This document shows positions 18,935 to 24,000 of a stretch of 24,000 nt of DNA, one piece after another. The stretch lies in NCBI RefSeq assembly GCF_026506335.1, contig NZ_CP097716.1. One strand, given 5' to 3'. Both the position numbers and the translations under genes were made by a program. The first letter of the stretch is position 1; every line of letters begins with the position of its first letter. The stretch comes from Escherichia coli. GTDB taxonomy: Bacteria; Pseudomonadota; Gammaproteobacteria; Enterobacterales; Enterobacteriaceae. Under the pieces are notes generated by a model. The model saw nothing but the letters and a program-made list of their open reading frames with translations, was not told the origin of the DNA and did not search any database.

Positions 18935-19237
18935 AAAATAAGCTACAACAAGCGGAGGAAAAGACAATCTGTTGCTGAACAGACAGAAGCAGGCTACGAA
19001 TGATCGGAAAAGGAAGCAAATACGCTTATACAGAAGACGCAGAGGTAACTGACGGAGACAATCACAATCAGGAGAAAATTATCGTAAATAATGTATAAAA
19101 TCTCAGGATATAAACAAATGTACACAAGCTATCCACGTAATCAGCGGCTGGCTCAGGATTAACGTTTCATTTCAGTGGACAACATCGATTCTGTCTGACA
19201 GCGGACCAATATGTAGCAAGCAGAAACTTCTGACATC

Positions 19238-20875
19238 ATGGTAACTCGGACAATGCAACAAAAGTATCAGTATGATCGTGTTTTATCCGGCGAACTCCAC
19301 CCATTCCCTGGCATATACGAGGCGGTTTCCGAACAAATCCTTTTGCTCATTTTTAAAGCACGTCAACTATATCAGGATCCAGAATATCGCCCCTGGTTTG
19401 AAGAACAGCACAGAGTACTCTCTGCATTACGTGCCAATACAGAGCTCCTGAGAATCTTTAGAGAACAAAGAAGCGCTGAAGAACCAAAGCTTACTATTGA
19501 AGAGTCTACCTCCCCCCAACCCACTCCTTCTGCTCTTACAGATGCGCTTAATGTGATGTGCCATTTATACAATGGTTTTGATGAAGGAAATATCAGTCTG
19601 AAAACTTGGGGGGCGATGCAAGAGGTACAGACAACATCAACCTTTATCAGCCCAGGACCGAGAACCTGGAAAACACCTGAACTGGCAAAGTTTGTAGGAG
19701 ATGATTTATTTAATATTCTGACTGAATGTAAGGCCTGGAGTTCACCAATTCCAGCAGAAACCCGACAGGGGTATTGCCATCAGGATCTGTCTGTTGCACA
19801 CTCCTGCACCTCAGAGTTACTGGCACACCTGAATCAATATCATGAAATTGATGAATCAGCAATACTTGCCAGAGTTATTGGTATAACAGTTAACGGATTC
19901 TACAAGAAAAATAATACAGACCTTCCAGAATGGCTATCCCCCTTTAAAGAGGAACATAAAATATTCAGAGATTGTCCGGAGCAAAATACCGGGGATGTAA
20001 TCAGACGGAAAGAACAACTGTTGAAAACAGGACGTACAGAATTCGTGAATAATTTGTGTCGGGTCGCCAACTGGTATGAAATTGAGTCAATATACGATGA
20101 ATACGTCCGTCTTTATGCCAATGAAATCATTGACTGGTTCAACAAAACCATGAAGTATTTTAAACCAACAGATTTTATCCGATATACATGGAAATTCGCA
20201 ACAGTTACTCCGGATAAAGATACAGAAACCGGGCATACAACTGCATGGGAAAAGGATTATTGCCAGATAACCATACAACGTGATGAACTTCTGAGGTTGA
20301 TTCACACCAATACCCTTCAGGATGCAGTAATTTATCTTTGTCATTGTCTGCAGAAGGAATACAAGAAATCATCCCAAAATGAGATAGAGTTCCCAGGAAT
20401 AAAACCTCCGACATCAGAGAGTAAAATTAATATAACAAATAATATTAAATTTCATTCTCTCCTGGAGCTCAGTAAAGATAATGAGAAGCGTCTGGAAACA
20501 TTTCAAAAATGGTATGAAAAAAATAAAGTTTTGTTAGAAAGTCATAAACAAAAACGAACAGAGAAGATTGACGTTGCCGTACGACTTGTAGGGCTGAAAG
20601 CCTATGATCTGCATGAAGGGATTCCGGATAGTCCAAAACGAAAAGTTAAAGATGGCATAAATGAAGACATCAAAGCCGATACCAGTTTACGCCTGTCAAA
20701 GACAAATATAAGTGATACGTCGCTAAACCGTTATCGCCGCACTGTTAAGGAGATTATCAATAACGAAATTGACGCATTCCTGTTGGAACAGAAGAAAAAA
20801 AATAAAAGATTTCCCTACAGTGAAGATAGAGATGTGATTCGCCCTTTATGGGGAAAATGCCTGACCGGGCAGTAG
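19238..20875 (+). CDS. Hypothetical protein, 545 aa, no family recognised
   Basis: Long uninterrupted ORF with plausible globular composition; lysine-rich charged C-terminus (RLSKTNISDTSLNRYRRTVKEIINNEIDAFLLEQKKKNKRF). Confidence 0.75.
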   Translation: MVTRTMQQKYQYDRVLSGELHPFPGIYEAVSEQILLLIFKARQLYQDPEYRPWFEEQHRVLSALRANTELLRIFREQRSAEEPKLTIEESTSPQPTPSALTDALNVMCHLYNGFDEGNISLKTWGAMQEVQTTSTFISPGPRTWKTPELAKFVGDDLFNILTECKAWSSPIPAETRQGYCHQDLSVAHSCTSELLAHLNQYHEIDESAILARVIGITVNGFYKKNNTDLPEWLSPFKEEHKIFRDCPEQNTGDVIRRKEQLLKTGRTEFVNNLCRVANWYEIESIYDEYVRLYANEIIDWFNKTMKYFKPTDFIRYTWKFATVTPDKDTETGHTTAWEKDYCQITIQRDELLRLIHTNTLQDAVIYLCHCLQKEYKKSSQNEIEFPGIKPPTSESKINITNNIKFHSLLELSKDNEKRLETFQKWYEKNKVLLESHKQKRTEKIDVAVRLVGLKAYDLHEGIPDSPKRKVKDGINEDIKADTSLRLSKTNISDTSLNRYRRTVKEIINNEIDAFLLEQKKKNKRFPYSEDRDVIRPLWGKCLTGQ

Positions 20876-20961
20876 ATCACAGATGGGATAACATCCCGGT
20901 TATCCCCTGTTTGTTCTGCTTCAGGTTGCCAGAGCTCCAGGAACACGAGGCAATCGGCAAA

Positions 20962-21558
20962 TTATGCGGCTTTTCCATTAACAGATTCGGCCACAAGAAC
21001 AACACCGTGTTTGTTTCGATCAGGATGTTCACTCCAGATTTCTGATTCAGGAATACTTTCCCCATCATAGCAGATCCGATCACCATCAAACGGATAATAC
21101 CGTGCGGAATCTGTATCTAAGATAAACACCTTAAAATTCGTTGAACGACGCGCTATATGCTGCCAGAGGGCTTTACCTCCTTCATATTGCTCGTTATCAC
21201 TTAATAGTATAACGCCTGCTTTTGTGGCTATTGTTTCATAAACAAACGTAGCAAGGCTAACATCACGTACAGCGCCATCGACAACAATCCCTTCAATCTG
21301 AGCAACGTCCTGTTCTTCCCAGAATTTCCGGACAAACACCCCTTCAAGCTGTGAACGACGCTGAAGCTCCAAAGTGGCAACAACCTTATGGCGAATATCA
21401 CCATCAATAACAGAAGGTGCAGCTTCGATTACCGCAGCGAACGGAGTCTTTGGATCCCAGATGATCTGGTAAAGCACACCCTGAATAGTTACTCCATCCA
21501 GTATCGAAAAACGACGAGCTACAGTAGCAGGGGAGTAAGACATTGGAATGACAGCCAT
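20962..21558 (-). CDS. Hypothetical protein, 198 aa; faint GNAT-like resemblance
   Basis: Intact ORF converging on the 545-aa gene; segment YETIATKAGVILLSDNEQYEGGKALWQHIARRSTNFKVFILD. Alternative start at M6 (21543). Confidence 0.7.
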   Translation of the reverse strand: MAVIPMSYSPATVARRFSILDGVTIQGVLYQIIWDPKTPFAAVIEAAPSVIDGDIRHKVVATLELQRRSQLEGVFVRKFWEEQDVAQIEGIVVDGAVRDVSLATFVYETIATKAGVILLSDNEQYEGGKALWQHIARRSTNFKVFILDTDSARYYPFDGDRICYDGESIPESEIWSEHPDRNKHGVVLVAESVNGKAA

Positions 21559-21773
21559 TTTATGGCCTAAAATTTGAAAACATCAGCATCAATACTGACC
21601 TCATCAGTCTGAGCATATATTGATAAAGTTTTTATGTTTACACTCAATAAATACCTTGCCAAACAACTAATAGCGATGTCTACATCGCCATTCGACATGC
21701 TTACAATTTTTGTCAACAAGAAAGTGAATTTATATCAACGGTAAGAAGTAAACACGAGGACACCAAAACCAAA

Positions 21774-21809
21774 TGTACACACTTTTGTGCTTTGTGTCCC
21801 CTGTGTGTA
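21774..21809. promoter_or_regulatory. Inverted repeat GTACACAC...GTGTGTAC near the tRNA; candidate integrase/excisionase arm sites
   Basis: 8-bp perfect arms (21774-21781, 21802-21809), with GGACAC and GTGTCC words nearby, 60-95 bp from the tRNA 3' end. Confidence 0.35.
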
Positions 21810-21868
21810 CCCAAATGACAAACTGCAAGAAAATCTAGGCACACACTTATCTAACTTATTGATTTAAA

Positions 21869-21944
21869 TGGTGCCGATAATAGGAGTCGAACCTACGACC
21901 TTCGCATTACGAATGCGCTGCTCTACCAACTGAGCTATATCGGC
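21869..21944 (-). tRNA. thrW: tRNA-Thr (anticodon CGT); island insertion site
   Basis: Minus: GCCGATATAGCTCAGTTGGTAGAGCAGCGCATTCGTAATGCGAAGGTCGTAGGTTCGACTCCTATTATCGGCACCA, full cloverleaf with CCA, adjacent to proA as in E. coli. Confidence 0.97.
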
Positions 21945-21995
21945 CCTGAAAGGACATGTTCACGAACGTGAATCACGGTGGACAAGGTTAAAACT

Positions 21996-22054
21996 AACCG
22001 GGCGATGCGTCAATGGCCTTGTGAATCAAATGGCTACTTTTGCATCACCCGGTT
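21996..22054. terminator. Long inverted repeat downstream of proA
   Basis: AACCGGGCGATGC (21996-22008) and GCATCACCCGGTT (22042-22054), one G-T-type mismatch, A/T flanks. Confidence 0.45.
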
Positions 22055-22058
22055 TTAT

Positions 22059-23312
22059 TTACGCACGAATGGTGTAATCACCGATGCCGATCCACTTGTA
22101 AGTGGTCAGTGCTTCCAGGCCCATCGGGCCACGCGCGTGGAGTTTTTGTGTGCTTACCGCCACTTCCGCGCCCAGTCCAAACTGGCCGCCGTCGGTAAAA
22201 CGCGTAGAGGCGTTAACGTAAACAGCGGATGAATCTACTTCATTAACAAAACGCTGGGCGTTGCGCATATCGCGGGTCAGGATCGCATCGGAGTGTTGCG
22301 TGCCGTGTTCACGAATATGGGCGATAGCATCGTCAAGATCGCTGACAATTTTGACGTTCAAGTCTAATGACAGGAACTCATCGTCATACTCTTCGGCTTT
22401 AACAGCCACCACCTTCGCGGGGCCTGCCTGCAACTGCGCCAGCGCAGCAGCATCTGCGTGTAACGTCACGCCACTTTCCGCCATTTGCTTGCTTAATGCG
22501 GGCAGGAAGCTATCTGCGATGTTTTTATTTACCAGCAACGTTTCTACCGTATTACATGTGCTCGGTCGCTGAGTTTTCGCGTTGACGATCACTTTTAATG
22601 CTTCAGCGATCTCTGCGCTTTCATCAACGTAAATATGGCATACGCCTATACCACCAGTGATCACCGGAATTGTCGACTGTTCGCGGCACAGTTTATGCAA
22701 ACCAGCCCCGCCGCGCGGGATCAGCATGTCGATGTATTTATCCATACGCAGCATTTCACTGACCAGCGCACGGTCAGGATTATCAATCGCCTGCACGGCA
22801 CCCGCCGGTAAGCCACAGGATTTCAGGGCGTCCTGAATCACTGCCACCGTTGCCGCGTTAGTGCGACACGTTTCTTTGCCGCCGCGCAGGATCACTGCGT
22901 TACCTGTTTTCAGGCACAGCGAAGCGACATCAACCGTCACGTTCGGGCGCGCTTCATAAATCACGCCAATAACCCCCAGCGGTACGCGACGACGCTCCAG
23001 ACGCAGGCCACTGTCCAGTACGCCGCCATCGATTACCCGCCCCACCGGATCGGCGAGATTGCACACCTGGCGCACATCGTCGGCAATGCCTTTCAGCCGT
23101 GCGGGCGTCAGTGCCAGACGGTCAAGCATCGCTTCGCTAAGGCCATTGGCACGCGCGTCAGCAACATCCTGGGCGTTAGCGTTGAGGATGATTTCGCTTT
23201 GTGCTTCCAGTTCATCGGCGATTTTTTCCAGCACGCGATTTTTTTCGCGGCTGGAGAGTTGCGCTAATTTATAAGAGGCTTGCTTCGCGGCAATGCCCAT
23301 TTGTTCCAGCAT
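22059..23312 (-). CDS. proA: Gamma-glutamyl phosphate reductase
   Basis: 417 aa [36 protein letters not shown]...[14 protein letters not shown], recognised E. coli ProA; next to proB. Confidence 0.98.
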   Translation of the reverse strand: MLEQMGIAAKQASYKLAQLSSREKNRVLEKIADELEAQSEIILNANAQDVADARANGLSEAMLDRLALTPARLKGIADDVRQVCNLADPVGRVIDGGVLDSGLRLERRRVPLGVIGVIYEARPNVTVDVASLCLKTGNAVILRGGKETCRTNAATVAVIQDALKSCGLPAGAVQAIDNPDRALVSEMLRMDKYIDMLIPRGGAGLHKLCREQSTIPVITGGIGVCHIYVDESAEIAEALKVIVNAKTQRPSTCNTVETLLVNKNIADSFLPALSKQMAESGVTLHADAAALAQLQAGPAKVVAVKAEEYDDEFLSLDLNVKIVSDLDDAIAHIREHGTQHSDAILTRDMRNAQRFVNEVDSSAVYVNASTRFTDGGQFGLGAEVAVSTQKLHARGPMGLEALTTYKWIGIGDYTIRA

Positions 23313-23323
23313 CAGCCTGCTCC

Positions 23324-24000
23324 TTAACGGGTAATCATGTCATCACGGTGAACGGCAACCGGGCCGTATTCATATCCCAGTATTGCATCAATTTCTTGCG
23401 AGTGGTGTCCGGCAATACGGCGTAATGCATCGCTGTTGTAACGACTGACGCCGTGAGCGATATCGCGACCTTCGAGGTTGCAAATGCGGATGACTTCACC
23501 ACGCGAGAAGTTGCCAGTCACGCTTTTAATGCCTTTCGGCAACAGGGAGCTGCCGCGTTCGAGAATGGCGGCGGTTGCCCCTTCATCTACCGTGATTTCA
23601 CCCGCCGGCGGCGCACCGAAAATCCAGCGTTTGCGGTTTTCAAGCGGAGTCGCCTGGGCATGGAACAACGTACCGACGGAGATGCCTTCCATCACATCAC
23701 CAATAACGCCCGGCTTGCTGCCCGCGGCAATAATGGTGTCGATACCCGCACGGCAAGCCACGTCTGCGGCCTGCAATTTGGTACTCATGCCGCCAGTTCC
23801 GAGGCCTGAAACGCTGTCACCGGCAATCGCGCGCAGTGCGTCATCAATGCCGTAAACATCTTTAATCAGTTCTGCCTGCGGATTGCTGCGCGGGTCAGCG
23901 GTATACAAACCTTTTTGATCGGTCAGCAGCAACAGTTTATCGGCACCCGCCAGAATCGCCGCCAGCGCAGAAAGGTTATCGTTATCGCCGACCTTAATCT
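23324..24000 (-). CDS. proB: Glutamate 5-kinase, C-terminal part including PUA domain; 5' end outside window
   Basis: ...[53 protein letters not shown]...; frame open to the right edge. Confidence 0.97.

Noticed and set aside
21996-22054. Long inverted repeat after proA as a novel element
   Set aside because: Position immediately after proA and flanking A/T runs fit an ordinary chromosomal terminator.
22261-23855. Plus-strand ORFs opposite proA/proB (22261-22572, 23059-23274, 23453-23809, 23478-23855)
   Set aside because: Antisense to unambiguous housekeeping genes.
1-24000. CRISPR array or retron-like reverse transcriptase
   Set aside because: No regularly spaced direct repeats and no YxDD-type reverse transcriptase ORF seen on either strand.

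Overview
This looks like a genomic-island junction in an Escherichia coli/Shigella-type chromosome. The right end is core genome: proB (partial), proA and the tRNA-Thr(CGT) gene thrW, all on the minus strand. The rest is an accessory island abutting the 3' end of the tRNA. From left to right it contains: (i) the 5' part of a class II-type contact-dependent inhibition locus, cdiB-cdiC-cdiA, with a HlyC-like acyltransferase, cdiA running off the left edge; (ii) IS600 split by IS30; (iii) a truncated SF2 helicase remnant; (iv) a frameshifted, truncated ISL3-family transposase; (v) a standalone KAP-family P-loop NTPase of about 746 aa, a candidate defence gene; (vi) a CP4-57-like module of YfjJ-like protein (with HUH-Rep-like motifs), about 0.95 kb of hairpin-rich non-coding DNA, a YfjI/DUF3987-like gene, a truncated second copy of that gene, and alpA; (vii) two convergent ORFs I cannot identify (545 aa and 198 aa) next to the att/tRNA site. 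The strongest leads for undescribed biology are the YfjJ/structured-DNA/DUF3987/AlpA replicon-like module, the KAP NTPase, and the orphan 545-aa gene with a strong promoter and a perfect CRP-type half-site pair in its long leader. All family names are by recall and motif reading; no searches were run.
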